Virus record (IMG/VR): IMGVR_UViG_3300020577_007013
Source of the DNA: a virus
Lineage: Duplodnaviria; Caudoviricetes
Reading direction: 5' to 3' (one strand)
Length of the DNA: 64,000 nt
Below the pieces are notes generated by a model. That model saw only the letters and a program-made list of their open reading frames with translations. It made no database searches and was not told the DNA's origin. Positions 45,616-55,460 of this stretch are shown here, in pieces (positions within the stretch are counted from its first letter, which is position 1; every line of letters starts with the position of its first letter). Position numbers and translations under genes: made by a program.

Positions 45616-46248
45616 TCAATCAGCTAAGAGATCGTCAAGAGAGATTTGCTTCTTGATATGTTTCTTGAGCTCTTCGTCTTCTTTTCCTTCGAGTCCTGTT
45701 GTAGTGCCAGCTTCACCTTCAGTATGTTGGAAAAGATACCGACCGTTCGAAACGCATTCTGAGTACTTGTTGATGAAGCAACCTACAAACTGTGAATCAT
45801 TTTTGCAACCATCGCAAGAGTCAGAAACGATTTGAATTTGATCAGGCTTTCTTACTCCATTGTATCCTACAAACGTCTTTTCATCTTCAGCTATCTTTGC
45901 AGTCTTTAAAAGATTCTCAGCTTGCTCTTCTGAAAGACCCATTGCCATAAGAGATTCTTTAGTCTCTTCAGGAATTTGAGCTGCTGCAGCTTCTTCATCA
46001 ATGTCTCCTGCTGCTACTTCTTCTTGATTTTCTTCGAAGTTTTCTTCTTCATGAAAGTCTTCCAAGACTTCAGCTTCTTGAGCTTTTTCTAAATTGATTT
46101 GTTTTTGTTGTTTAATCTCATCAGAAAGTGGTTCCCAAAGTTCATAGTCTGCATTTCCTAAACAGAATTTTTTAGCATCTATGCCTTTCGAACAATCTTT
46201 ATTTGCGTACCAACCGCAAGTGAGACAGGATTTGTTTTGCTGAGCCAT
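45616..46248 (-). CDS. Acidic hypothetical protein with two Cys clusters
   Basis: CLTC..C..C and CDGC..C..C around a Glu-rich linker. Confidence 0.7.
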   Translation of the reverse strand: MAQQNKSCLTCGWYANKDCSKGIDAKKFCLGNADYELWEPLSDEIKQQKQINLEKAQEAEVLEDFHEEENFEENQEEVAAGDIDEEAAAAQIPEETKESLMAMGLSEEQAENLLKTAKIAEDEKTFVGYNGVRKPDQIQIVSDSCDGCKNDSQFVGCFINKYSECVSNGRYLFQHTEGEAGTTTGLEGKEDEELKKHIKKQISLDDLLAD

Positions 46249-46269
46249 GATTAATTATCATAGCTTTTG

Positions 46270-46578
46270 TCAATCGTCGATAATTATATGGCCGCTTTCA
46301 TTTACTTCAATTAATTCGTGATCCCTAGACACCGAAAAATAAGTGCAAGCGTCTTTGATATATTCCTTGGCTTTTTCGAAGTCTTTAAATTTAACTTCGA
46401 AAGTCCATCCTCCACTGACATAGCTAAAGCTTTTCCATTTACCCCCTTCTTTTTTATAAGGAACATAGTCGTACCCTTCTTTCTCTATTTTGTAATGGAC
46501 AGGAAGAGACTCTCTAGGAGTTTTCAAGACTTCTGGAAATCTTTCCTTAAGTGGTCTCTTAGATAAAGACACTGCCAT
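46270..46578 (-). CDS. Hypothetical protein
   Basis: 102-aa ORF. Confidence 0.6.
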   Translation of the reverse strand: MAVSLSKRPLKERFPEVLKTPRESLPVHYKIEKEGYDYVPYKKEGGKWKSFSYVSGGWTFEVKFKDFEKAKEYIKDACTYFSVSRDHELIEVNESGHIIIDD

Positions 46579-46945
46579 AACGTTCCTTCATAAAGTTCGA
46601 CCATAGACTTATCATATTGTCTCTTCCGTTAATGTTTGATGAATGGACTGTGAATCGTTCTACTTTACTGAGATCAATTTTTCCGTCAAGATCCATTTCG
46701 ACGAGTTTATTTAGGAAGTCTTTTCCTGTCTTCGACTCAAGTCCTAGGTCATGGTCAAGAGTCATCATTCTAGGAACTCCTAATTTAAGAATGAGCTCTA
46801 TAGCTTCATCATAAGTTCTAGCAATTTTCCAATTCCACTCTTCTCTCTTATACTTCTTCTGTCCTTTACAAGACAGTTCAGAAATAGCATTGGGAAATAT
46901 GTAATCGAGTTCCCTAATGTCGTCTAGGAAAAGATCATAGAGCAT
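46559..46945 (-). CDS. Cyclic-phosphate-processing receiver-like domain protein
   Basis: LFLDDIR, TLDHDLG, TGKDF, VHSSNING. Confidence 0.8.
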   Translation of the reverse strand: MLYDLFLDDIRELDYIFPNAISELSCKGQKKYKREEWNWKIARTYDEAIELILKLGVPRMMTLDHDLGLESKTGKDFLNKLVEMDLDGKIDLSKVERFTVHSSNINGRDNMISLWSNFMKERYGSVFI

Positions 46946-48110
46946 GATTTGATATATTAAAGATTTCCTTAAGCTCTTTCAAAAACTTAGGATCTTTACA
47001 GAACTCTTTAGAAGGTTCATCAGATATCTTAGCGACAGGTTGTCCATTAATTTCTGACAACTTGATTACCATTTGAGGATTCTTTTTTCCGATATTGCAA
47101 GTCAGATGAGTACCTATTCCGAAGACGATTTTGATTTGACCATGAAATTTTTCATAGATCTCTGATGCTTTCTCAAATGTAATTGAGTCACTGAAGATTG
47201 CAGTTTTTGTCATTGGATCAATTTTCGATTTTTTGAGTTCCTGAATTAGAAAATCACACCATTCAATAGGATCACCGCTATCATGTCTGAATCCTGAAAA
47301 ATCAAGCAGTTGGGTTGAGAATTCTATCAATTGTCTAGAATTTATCGTGTCGGTCAAGGCTATATGATATTGTTCAGGATAGACTGAACTCCACATAGAG
47401 AAAGCTTCGTCTTGGAAGTATTGAATTGGATTCTGTCTTAAAACCTGAAATGCTTGGATGTACTCATGGGCCATAGTTCCAACTGCTCTAAGAGAAAATT
47501 TCTTAGCAAAGAAAACATTGCTCGTTCCAGTAAAATTCTCTGGACAATTTGTGAGAATCGCTCTTAAGATTGCTTCATGATGCCTAAATGATGCTCGTCT
47601 TCTAGTTCCGTAGTCTGAAAATTTAATTTCCTTAGCTTCCTTCTTTATGAAGGAAAGACCGTCCACTGTCTTATGGCAGAGTTCCAGTTCTTCTACCATG
47701 CTGAGACCGAACTCTCTTTCGAAATAGACTTCATTAAGGATGGATAGAATCGGTATCTCGAAGTAGGTGATCTCTTTCCAATTTCCTGAAATTTTGATTT
47801 GAAGCTTCCCATCCTGTTCATAGACATTTACATTTGATCTCTTCAACTTCAGAGTGGAGAGAAACTTAAGATAGTCTCTACTGAAGAGTCTAAAGGAATC
47901 CAAGTATTCGATGTCTTCTTTTGTGAAAGTGAGAGTACAAAGATGGTTAATTTCTTTTTCAATATCGTCTTTCCATTCTAGAAGATCGACTTCTGAACGA
48001 CAGATTAATTCGAAAGAAGCTGAGATATTCTCCCCTTTGAATCTCTCGAAGACGCAATTCCCCATTGTAAATTTGTAGAGATCCGTATCAAGTAGACTAT
48101 TGATGACCAT
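46935..48110 (-). CDS. pncB: Nicotinate phosphoribosyltransferase
   Basis: SLLDTDLYKFTM, DYGTRRR, GTSNV, GTMAHE, RHDSGDP, FSDS, FGIGT, AKISD. Confidence 0.95.
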   Translation of the reverse strand: MVINSLLDTDLYKFTMGNCVFERFKGENISASFELICRSEVDLLEWKDDIEKEINHLCTLTFTKEDIEYLDSFRLFSRDYLKFLSTLKLKRSNVNVYEQDGKLQIKISGNWKEITYFEIPILSILNEVYFEREFGLSMVEELELCHKTVDGLSFIKKEAKEIKFSDYGTRRRASFRHHEAILRAILTNCPENFTGTSNVFFAKKFSLRAVGTMAHEYIQAFQVLRQNPIQYFQDEAFSMWSSVYPEQYHIALTDTINSRQLIEFSTQLLDFSGFRHDSGDPIEWCDFLIQELKKSKIDPMTKTAIFSDSITFEKASEIYEKFHGQIKIVFGIGTHLTCNIGKKNPQMVIKLSEINGQPVAKISDEPSKEFCKDPKFLKELKEIFNISNHAL

Positions 48111-48297
48111 AAATTTGCTCCGACATTTCAAGTAAAGTCTTGAGTTGTTCTTTACCGATATAGACTGAGTCTACGTGAGAAACTTCTCCTTCATGGTTCA
48201 ATTGCTCTCGACTTAAAGAGATTGTTCCACTCTCTAAGAATTCCACTTCTACTTCGTTTTCTAACTCTAAAGTGGCTAGAACCTTCTGACCATGATA
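48097..48297 (-). CDS. Small hypothetical protein
   Basis: Probable start MYHG after GAGGGA. Confidence 0.45.
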   Translation of the reverse strand, partial: YHGQKVLATLELENEVEVEFLESGTISLSREQLNHEGEVSHVDSVYIGKEQLKTLLEMSEQIYGHQ

Positions 48298-48679
48298 CAT
48301 TATTTCCCTCACTTTTAATATAAGATATCTCCCGATAGAAGAATATCCAAATAGGATAACCAGTTGCTCTATTCTCAGTCTTATCTATTTTAGTTAGCTT
48401 AATTGGCTTACCCATGTAATCGCATAAGAATGACTCAATTAACTTAGGATCACGATTAGACCATAGTTGACCTTTATTGCCAAAATACTTCTCACATAAT
48501 TCATTATGCTTATTGTAATCCCATTGAAGTAATCTATCTGAATAAACTGCTTGGTCATCAGAATGGTCACTACCATCGTCAAATTGAGCCCCAAATATCT
48601 CCTTTATAAAACTATCCATACCTTCTTTAGATGCCCCAAAGTGGAGATACTTGGCAGCTATTTGGTGAATATCGCTCAT
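48191..48679 (-). CDS. Hypothetical protein
   Basis: 162-aa ORF. Confidence 0.6.
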   Translation of the reverse strand: MSDIHQIAAKYLHFGASKEGMDSFIKEIFGAQFDDGSDHSDDQAVYSDRLLQWDYNKHNELCEKYFGNKGQLWSNRDPKLIESFLCDYMGKPIKLTKIDKTENRATGYPIWIFFYREISYIKSEGNNVSWSEGSSHFRVRKRSRSGILREWNNLFKSRAIEP

Positions 48680-48930
48680 GCTTTATTTTCAAAATACTGC
48701 AACTCAAACCGTTGCAACTCCCCATTATGGTTAACTTCTCCCCCAAATATTAAGTATGGCTTTATTTTATCAGACTTTACCATATCCAGTATAACTTCTA
48801 ACCTTTCAATGGCTATTGCTTTTAAATCTATTTTCAAATGTGGTAAACTCATTTAAGCCCATCCATGAATTTAATTCTATATCCGTTACTGTGACATAGT
48901 TCTCTCTGAACGCTACTCCATTAGAGGTAG

Positions 48931-49140
48931 TCATTTACCCTCCCATCCAGTTGGCACCTCGGTAATGGCTATCACAACCAATTCAGCCTCAGGATGAATT
49001 TCAGATAAAGCAGTTAAACATATGCTTTTAGAAGGAAAATCATTAAACTTGAATATCTTAGAATTTATTGAGTAATCATCCTTAACTTCAGCGTATTGAT
49101 GATAATAATGGCATGAGTAAGCCACTAAGTAATTTTTCAT
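48931..49140 (-). CDS. Small hypothetical protein
   Basis: GGAGG SD, ATGA coupling. Confidence 0.6.
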   Translation of the reverse strand: MKNYLVAYSCHYYHQYAEVKDDYSINSKIFKFNDFPSKSICLTALSEIHPEAELVVIAITEVPTGWEGK

Positions 49141-49538
49141 TTACCCTCCTTCTTATGCCATTCAGCTCGGTAAATTGCACTCTTAGAAGTAAAATAAAGA
49201 ATCAGAGGACTCATGTATCCTTCTTCTACGTGTTGTTCAGGAGCTTCATCTGTTTGTATCCACCCTTTATTGATAAGAGATCCAACTACTCCAGCTACTA
49301 CGAAGAATGGTAAACCTATTTCATTAGCTAGACACTTTACATCTAGATCAGAATAGGTCTCCTCACCTTTGTACCATGGAGCTAAGTGTTCACACATTGC
49401 ATCCATTACTGTAACTTGCTTTGGGGTTAGGTTGAATTCAGTATGAGGTAAGATCGGTTTACCTTGGGCAACTAAATGTTGGTTAACTTGGTTATCATAA
49501 GCCTCTTGGAATACTTTTGGGTTGAATTCTTGTTTCAT
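49137..49538 (-). CDS. Winged-helix-like hypothetical protein
   Basis: LTPKQ..VM, LANEIG...VAGVVGSLINKGWI. Confidence 0.6.
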   Translation of the reverse strand: MKQEFNPKVFQEAYDNQVNQHLVAQGKPILPHTEFNLTPKQVTVMDAMCEHLAPWYKGEETYSDLDVKCLANEIGLPFFVVAGVVGSLINKGWIQTDEAPEQHVEEGYMSPLILYFTSKSAIYRAEWHKKEGK

Positions 49539-49789
49539 ATCAACTCCATTAAAAAGTTTTCTACTTGGTCAAATAAACCTTTAGGCCAAGTGCGCAAACT
49601 ACCTCTACGATCTATATCTATAAATTCATTTTCAAATTTGATTTGATAACCGTATACTTGGGCTTTTTTGATCTGTACTCTTAGATCTAAAAATTCAAGA
49701 TAATTAGCATCACCAAGATGTTTACCTTTAAAGTAAACTGGATGAGTTTCTTCTTTAATACTCTTGAGTTGTGGTTCCATATTTCTCAC
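49535..49789 (-). CDS. Hypothetical protein
   Basis: IDRRGSLRTWPKGLFDQ; AGGAG SD. Confidence 0.65.
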   Translation of the reverse strand: MRNMEPQLKSIKEETHPVYFKGKHLGDANYLEFLDLRVQIKKAQVYGYQIKFENEFIDIDRRGSLRTWPKGLFDQVENFLMELI

Positions 49790-50151
49790 TCCTATTTGTC
49801 ATAACTTTTTCCAACATTTTAAATATCGGAATAATTTTGTAAAACGGCGAAAAAAAGTTCTTATTTTGCTGAAAAATAAAAGAATATTATTCCCCATTTC
49901 TGAGGAATAATATAAGGAAATAACTCCCAATTGGTCAATCAAGAGCTCCTTTAGCAATAGCTTCCCCAAGCATGAGGCAACGCTCAATTGAGTTAGCATA
50001 AGTAAAGTAAACTACCTTACCATCGATAATACACTGAAGGACTATCATATCTTCTTTTGTTTTTGCGTGTCAGGGAATTCATGAGTTTCATGAAGCACCT
50101 CCATTAAAATTGTTACTTATCTATAATAGGATCGGCAATTCCTCTCCCACT

Positions 50152-50628
50152 TTATTCTCGAAAAATCGTAATAAATGGCTTTTCCTTGAATTGCTCTAGT
50201 GATGCTTTGATCTTTTCTTGATCGTCATCGAAAGGGAGTAGAAAAAGTTCTAGAAATTTAGAGATGAATGGAGAAAATCTCCCTTTCATTTCATAATGGT
50301 AAAGCTCTAAATCTATTGTTTGGAGAATGTCAGTATGTTTTTCGACTTCCGAATTGAAGTCTTTGTAGTAATACTTTGTCATGTCGACTTCTTCATAAGT
50401 TGCATCATCATAGACTTTAGTGATTTTGAAGAGATGGATCATAGACCCTTCCTCTCTCAATCTGTCAATGACTTTGGAATATTTCCTAGTGAAAAGAAGC
50501 TTTTCAGATTCAAAACATTTCATGAATTCCATCGGAGAAGGCGGCTCTCCTTTTTGCATTTTTTCAAAGAGATCATACATTCTCTTTTTGATGATTCCGT
50601 TCAGTCTATAGCCGATGCAAATTCTCAT
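50152..50628 (-). CDS. Hypothetical protein
   Basis: 158-aa ORF, AGGAG SD. Confidence 0.65.
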   Translation of the reverse strand: MRICIGYRLNGIIKKRMYDLFEKMQKGEPPSPMEFMKCFESEKLLFTRKYSKVIDRLREEGSMIHLFKITKVYDDATYEEVDMTKYYYKDFNSEVEKHTDILQTIDLELYHYEMKGRFSPFISKFLELFLLPFDDDQEKIKASLEQFKEKPFITIFRE

Positions 50629-51146
50629 TTTGTTCTCCTATAATTCGTTAGGATTTCTCTTATGTAAGATATATTATAGTAGTGGCTTGCCGGACCTGAA
50701 TTATAATCTTTCAGAGCTTTGACCAAATTTCCTCTTCTCTTTCTGACAAATTCAGAAAAGATTTTTACTCCGACTGTGATATTAAATTTAGAGTCGAAAA
50801 GTCTGTGCCTATCTTTTTTCTTTACATGAAAAGGCATCACTTGCATAAGTCCTCTCGCTCTTCCTGATTTCGTCTTAGGACCATGAGCTTTTCTTTTTCC
50901 TTCGCTCTCTGCTTGAATAAGGCAAGCGACTAAGTGGGCATGGTCTTTAGCCATAATGCTCTTTGACTCTTCGAAAATGTGAGAGTAGATATCGTGATCC
51001 ACCCATTTGAAAAGTCGTTTTGATTTTTCGTACTGACAATCGTATTGAGAGACGTATCCAAAATTCGGAAGTACTATGAGAAAAGTGAGAATGAAGACGT
51101 AAAAAAACCAGGAATTTCTTCCCGGTTTATCGATTTGAGTTTCCAA
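50625..51146 (-). CDS. Lytic transglycosylase (SLT domain) with N-terminal TM
   Basis: LIQAES, ARGLMQVMP, NITVG, ALKDYNSG, YIREI. Confidence 0.9.
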   Translation of the reverse strand: METQIDKPGRNSWFFYVFILTFLIVLPNFGYVSQYDCQYEKSKRLFKWVDHDIYSHIFEESKSIMAKDHAHLVACLIQAESEGKRKAHGPKTKSGRARGLMQVMPFHVKKKDRHRLFDSKFNITVGVKIFSEFVRKRRGNLVKALKDYNSGPASHYYNISYIREILTNYRRTK

Positions 51147-51746
51147 TTATTGGTACTGGATGTTGAGTGGGATTGTGTAAGTAGCACTCATTCCAGCTGC
51201 AGCTAAAGTCGTGGTCGAGACTTCGTAAACACTTACGCTTAATTCTCCAACATAAGTCGGTGATGTTACGCAACTGTTCGTTGAAGCGCTCCAGTATGAG
51301 TAGAGGTTTCTAACAGAAGTTACTGACGATCCACTTGGATTTGAAAATCGTGGTGAGTAGTAAGTTCCTGCAGAGGACTTCAACACATACTTTGCGACCG
51401 GAGCAGAGACAGCATACTTGACGAAAGTCGATCCTGTACAAGTCGTAGTTCCGTAGTAAATGTCCGAGACGTCGGCCTTGAGATTTCCGTCAAAGTCAAT
51501 GTTCGACATATATCCACTACTGAACACCATTCTTATGAGCCAAGGGGTCACGTCTGTCGCATTACCGATGACGTTTCCTGAAGCATCCTTCACAACTGCC
51601 ATGTTGGCAGTGACGGTAGTTCCGGTAGTTGTGGTGGGACCTGCTGTGCCGGAAGTTGCAGCAGTTCCTGTTGTGGCCCCTGATCCAACGTTCGAGCAGT
51701 TAAGTGCGAACAATGAAACGAGGAGTAATATGGTGAGTTTTTTCAT
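51147..51746 (-). CDS. Lipoprotein with Thr/Gly-rich tether
   Basis: MKKLTILLLVSLFALNC lipobox; AAAAGGAG SD; first gene after promoter copy 2. Confidence 0.8.
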   Translation of the reverse strand: MKKLTILLLVSLFALNCSNVGSGATTGTAATSGTAGPTTTTGTTVTANMAVVKDASGNVIGNATDVTPWLIRMVFSSGYMSNIDFDGNLKADVSDIYYGTTTCTGSTFVKYAVSAPVAKYVLKSSAGTYYSPRFSNPSGSSVTSVRNLYSYWSASTNSCVTSPTYVGELSVSVYEVSTTTLAAAGMSATYTIPLNIQYQ

Positions 51747-51783
51747 TTGGTTCTCCTTTTGTAATTGTTATTCTGACAGTTAC

Positions 51784-51823
51784 AATATATAAAGAATCAT
51801 CGAAATTGAACAAAAAACGTCAT
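51784..51823 (-). promoter_or_regulatory. Conserved phage promoter copy 2
   Basis: ATGACGTTTTTTGTTCA-N17-TATATT. Confidence 0.85.
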
Positions 51824-51826
51824 AGT

Positions 51827-51908
51827 CCTAGAGGTCACCCGAGTCACTCAGCCGAAAAGTTAACCTAGGTGATCCTAGGGTATCAAGGTGACTGGGAGGA
51901 CTCGGGAG
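51827..51908. repeat. GC-rich dispersed repeat upstream of promoter copy 2
   Basis: Matches 30787-30847; internal inverted pair CCCGAGTC/GACTCGGG. Confidence 0.85.
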
Positions 51909-52055
51909 CTTTATGATTTTGATCTATCTCAAGTCCTATGATTTTCTCATTTTCTATTTTTTTAAGATTTCCGTCTTTGTCGAGGATTAAAGTCTCATCG
52001 CATTCTTTAATAATTTCCCAATTCAAAGTTCTATTCGAATTTTTCAGTTTTCTTC

Positions 52056-53468
52056 TCATACTGGTGCCGGCTCTATGTAAGGAAGGACTCTGAAATTTTC
52101 TTTTTCGAAGAGTAATTTTGTGTATCCTAATCCACCGTCATTATTTTTCAACACATGAAGATGCATAAGGTCCGGTTCTAATTCCCAAATATGATTCATT
52201 TCAGGAAAAAACCTCTGTTTGAGAAAGATGGGTCTGGTAATGGAGATCACAACTCTCGCTCTTTCAGCATAAGCAGCTGAGCCTTTCAAATCTTCAAGAC
52301 CGATTTTATGAAAGTCGAGATCTTCAGGCTTCTTAAGAATTCTACTTCTGAATTTATTCTCATTAGATTGAACAACTCCGATAGTGCTTACTCCAGTTCG
52401 TCTTGTCATTCTATGGAGTTTGTCCATTCCTTTTTCTATTTCAAGAGGAGTCTTATCTCCAAAGTCCTTGGCCATTGAAAGAAGATCGATATCAATCACA
52501 GTGTATCCATCAGAAGGAAGTACTCCAGCTTTTCTAAAGATTTCTCTACCTCTATCGATCTCCCTTTCCACATAATCGAAGTCAAATGAAGCTTGATCTG
52601 AATAGAGGAAGTTTGGAATGGACTCAAATTCTTCCCAGACTTTCATGACCCTAGCTAAAGTTCTTCTATCATACGTTTTACTATGAAGATCTCTCATAGT
52701 AAAGTTACCTCTCATACAAATGATCCTATCCATGATAGAGACCAACGGCATTTCAGGATTAAAAGAGATGCAACAAATTCCCCTATTAATAATTGCATTT
52801 TCAATGTTCTTCGCTAAAGCAGACTTTCCTGAGCCCTTCTCACCAAATAAAATGTAGATCTCTCCTTCATTAAGCGGCTTTATACAAATGCGATCTATCT
52901 CAGAAATTCCGGTCGTTCTTATTTTTTCACCAGACTTTCTTTTTTCAAAGTCTTCTCTATGAATATTCGAAAGTTCTTTTGTGGTCAGGACTCCTTTTGT
53001 ATCATCGATCTCATTCGTCATCTTGATAAGATTTTCAGCATTCTTTCTTATCTCTTTCGGATCGATGTATCCTCTATCTGTAAGCTTAGAAGCAAGCTCA
53101 TAGATCATTTTTTTCGACTGAACGAATTTTATCCAATCAGACTTCAGTTCCTTCTTAGCGAATTCGATGTTTTCAAATGATGTAAAGGAATCGTATAATT
53201 CAGATAATTGATTAAACTCGACTTTGACTGGAGAATTTTCTTTTATGAGTGTGAGAAGAGTATCATGATCAAATTTAAGTTCCTTCTCTTTTAGAACTTT
53301 CAATCCTCTATAAATTGCTTTAGTCGTCTTATGGAGAAAGTAGTCTTCAGTGAGAGAGATCACATCATGAGGATTTCTCATGAGATAAGAGATGATTCTC
53401 TGCTCGTTCTCTACGTTATGCCCTATAGAAAGTTTATCGTCTAAAAAATTTTCACTATCAGCCATCAA
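52056..53468 (-). CDS. dnaB: DnaB-like replicative helicase
   Basis: ENEQRIISYL N-domain, TTGISEID, GEKGSGKS, FNPEM, VVQSNE, DLKGS, LKNNDG. Confidence 0.85.
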   Translation of the reverse strand: MMADSENFLDDKLSIGHNVENEQRIISYLMRNPHDVISLTEDYFLHKTTKAIYRGLKVLKEKELKFDHDTLLTLIKENSPVKVEFNQLSELYDSFTSFENIEFAKKELKSDWIKFVQSKKMIYELASKLTDRGYIDPKEIRKNAENLIKMTNEIDDTKGVLTTKELSNIHREDFEKRKSGEKIRTTGISEIDRICIKPLNEGEIYILFGEKGSGKSALAKNIENAIINRGICCISFNPEMPLVSIMDRIICMRGNFTMRDLHSKTYDRRTLARVMKVWEEFESIPNFLYSDQASFDFDYVEREIDRGREIFRKAGVLPSDGYTVIDIDLLSMAKDFGDKTPLEIEKGMDKLHRMTRRTGVSTIGVVQSNENKFRSRILKKPEDLDFHKIGLEDLKGSAAYAERARVVISITRPIFLKQRFFPEMNHIWELEPDLMHLHVLKNNDGGLGYTKLLFEKENFRVLPYIEPAPV

Positions 53469-53498
53469 GACTCCGTACAGTTAACTATATTAAGGAAA

Positions 53499-54437
53499 TC
53501 AGAGAGAAGAATTTTTTCTAAAGAAAGATCTTTTTACTGACTCTCCAGTTTCCATCCAAGACTCCACGGGAAGTTTAAGGAGAGAAAACCAAAGTTTGCA
53601 TTGTTTAGGGTCTCTTTCTGATTTAGAGAAAAATTGTTCAATAGGCTTTTCTACAGGAATAAAATCGACCAGTTGGTAGTTGACTCTTAGTTTGTCTTTG
53701 TTTGCTGTTATCTTATCTTTCCATTGTTTAGGAATAACTTCGTCAGAATGGAGTTTCTTAAAAAGCTCCTCTACATTTTGATAATTATTAACGATATGAA
53801 GAACAAGTTCGTTCGGAAGATATGGAATTGAAGAGTCTATATTGTCAGACTTATCACCTCTGATAGCTTTCCACATCTTCACAGCATTTCCCACAGGAGA
53901 AAAACTATGTTCTTCTTTGAATGTCTCAGAAGTATAGAGCTTCGAGAAATTGAACCAATGGTTATTGTCGTCTATATTCCTTGACCAATCGAGATCAGCT
54001 GATATGAAAAGAGTCTTTCCTTGATTTTGACCGTCAAGATAAGTCTTCAAAGGAAATGTCAAGTCGTCAGCTTCTAAAGCATCCCCTTTGAGAATTATGA
54101 AGTCATTAGAGTATAGTCCTAAGATTTCATAGAGCAAGAGAAGTGATTTATAGACTTGTTCAGGAACTCTTCTGGATTTTCTCGGATGTTTATATTTTCC
54201 TTCTGAGATAATTTTTCTAAGATTGATCTGGGAGAATGGATTATCGAAAAGAAAATAAATTTTCGAGTCTCCTCTAGAGTATCTGTCTCTCAATTCTTTG
54301 ACTCTTTTAAGAAATTCTTGAATTGCACCTACGTAGAGTCTTTCATCTTCGAAGACTATGAATTTTTCCATGCAATTGGAGGTCGATCTCCAGAACAGAT
54401 TGTTGGCGTCGAAAACCAAATTTTGATAATCGGTCAT
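53499..54437 (-). CDS. 5'-3' exonuclease / flap endonuclease (T4 RNase H-like)
   Basis: VFDANNL, FLFD, YKHPR, LEADDL, SADLD, GDKSDNI. Confidence 0.9.
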   Translation of the reverse strand: MTDYQNLVFDANNLFWRSTSNCMEKFIVFEDERLYVGAIQEFLKRVKELRDRYSRGDSKIYFLFDNPFSQINLRKIISEGKYKHPRKSRRVPEQVYKSLLLLYEILGLYSNDFIILKGDALEADDLTFPLKTYLDGQNQGKTLFISADLDWSRNIDDNNHWFNFSKLYTSETFKEEHSFSPVGNAVKMWKAIRGDKSDNIDSSIPYLPNELVLHIVNNYQNVEELFKKLHSDEVIPKQWKDKITANKDKLRVNYQLVDFIPVEKPIEQFFSKSERDPKQCKLWFSLLKLPVESWMETGESVKRSFFRKNSSL

Positions 54438-54955
54438 TTAACCTCTTTTTCTTCTCTATTTTCTTGATCGTTCATCTCAGCTTGCTTAAGCTTATTGACG
54501 AAGTCATAGACTTTTCTTACTTTTCTAAAGTCATCTTTACTGAGTTGATCATCGTCATTGACAACTTTTTCAGGAAGAGTCTGTCCATTGGGAAAGTTCT
54601 GCTGAACGTTTTGTTGAATGATAATTTGTTGTTTAAGAACTCCTAGAATATTTGAAGCTTTATCATTCTCAATTCTTCCAATTGTCTCAATAATTTTGAC
54701 AAGAGTCATAGGAGAGACTTCACCGTCATCGTCCTCGACCATTTCTATGAGCTTTCTAGCAGCAATGATCTTTAAATTTGAGAGAGACTCTTCTGCTGCT
54801 ATTTGGGTTTTTAAGAAAAGAAGAGTCTCGATCTTAAGCTCATCATTAATAAGCTGTTCTCTTCCAACAGCAAGTGATTTCTCATTCGCTTCATCAGATA
54901 AAGCTTGAACCTTCTTCAAAAACTCTTGTTTCTTGGTGAGTTTTTCTTCAGACAT
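54434..54955 (-). CDS. Hypothetical protein
   Basis: 173-aa ORF in operon. Confidence 0.7.
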   Translation of the reverse strand: MSEEKLTKKQEFLKKVQALSDEANEKSLAVGREQLINDELKIETLLFLKTQIAAEESLSNLKIIAARKLIEMVEDDDGEVSPMTLVKIIETIGRIENDKASNILGVLKQQIIIQQNVQQNFPNGQTLPEKVVNDDDQLSKDDFRKVRKVYDFVNKLKQAEMNDQENREEKEVK

Positions 54956-55446
54956 TACTCTTTTACAGCCCTCATTATAAGTGACTCGTCATTGAGTCTT
55001 TCTTTTTCAATGATAGATATAATATCTTTTTCCTCTAAGTTAAAAAGATCATCGATGACTCTTTTATTTATTTTTTGCTTGATGGCATTGAGACGCCTCT
55101 TTAAGAAATGATAGCTCATTTCATCATCAGGAAGATTAACAAGTTTTTTGATCTCATTCCAATGCATGTCCTTGATCTCGTGAAGATAAAATACGATTGT
55201 AATGAGAAGGCAAGTCTTATATTCTTCTTTCGAAGGAAATTTAACAGAGTCTCCGTCGAAATAATTGATAAGAGAAGATAGCTCTTTGTCAGGTAGAAGT
55301 CTTGCTAAATGATAAAGGTCTGAATTTGGGCTCTCTATGTCATAGACAAAAAGAGTTATTTGGTTGATTGCTTCCTTAGAGTTCTTTCTCTCTATCTCGA
55401 TGTATTCCCGTAAGGTACTATCAATAAGTTGCTGTAGATTATCCAC
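54955..55446 (-). CDS. Hypothetical protein (possible DNA-binding)
   Basis: 163-aa ORF; ACTAA-N5-GTG. Confidence 0.7.
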   Translation of the reverse strand: MDNLQQLIDSTLREYIEIERKNSKEAINQITLFVYDIESPNSDLYHLARLLPDKELSSLINYFDGDSVKFPSKEEYKTCLLITIVFYLHEIKDMHWNEIKKLVNLPDDEMSYHFLKRRLNAIKQKINKRVIDDLFNLEEKDIISIIEKERLNDESLIMRAVKE

Positions 55447-55460
55447 AATACTTAGTCAAC

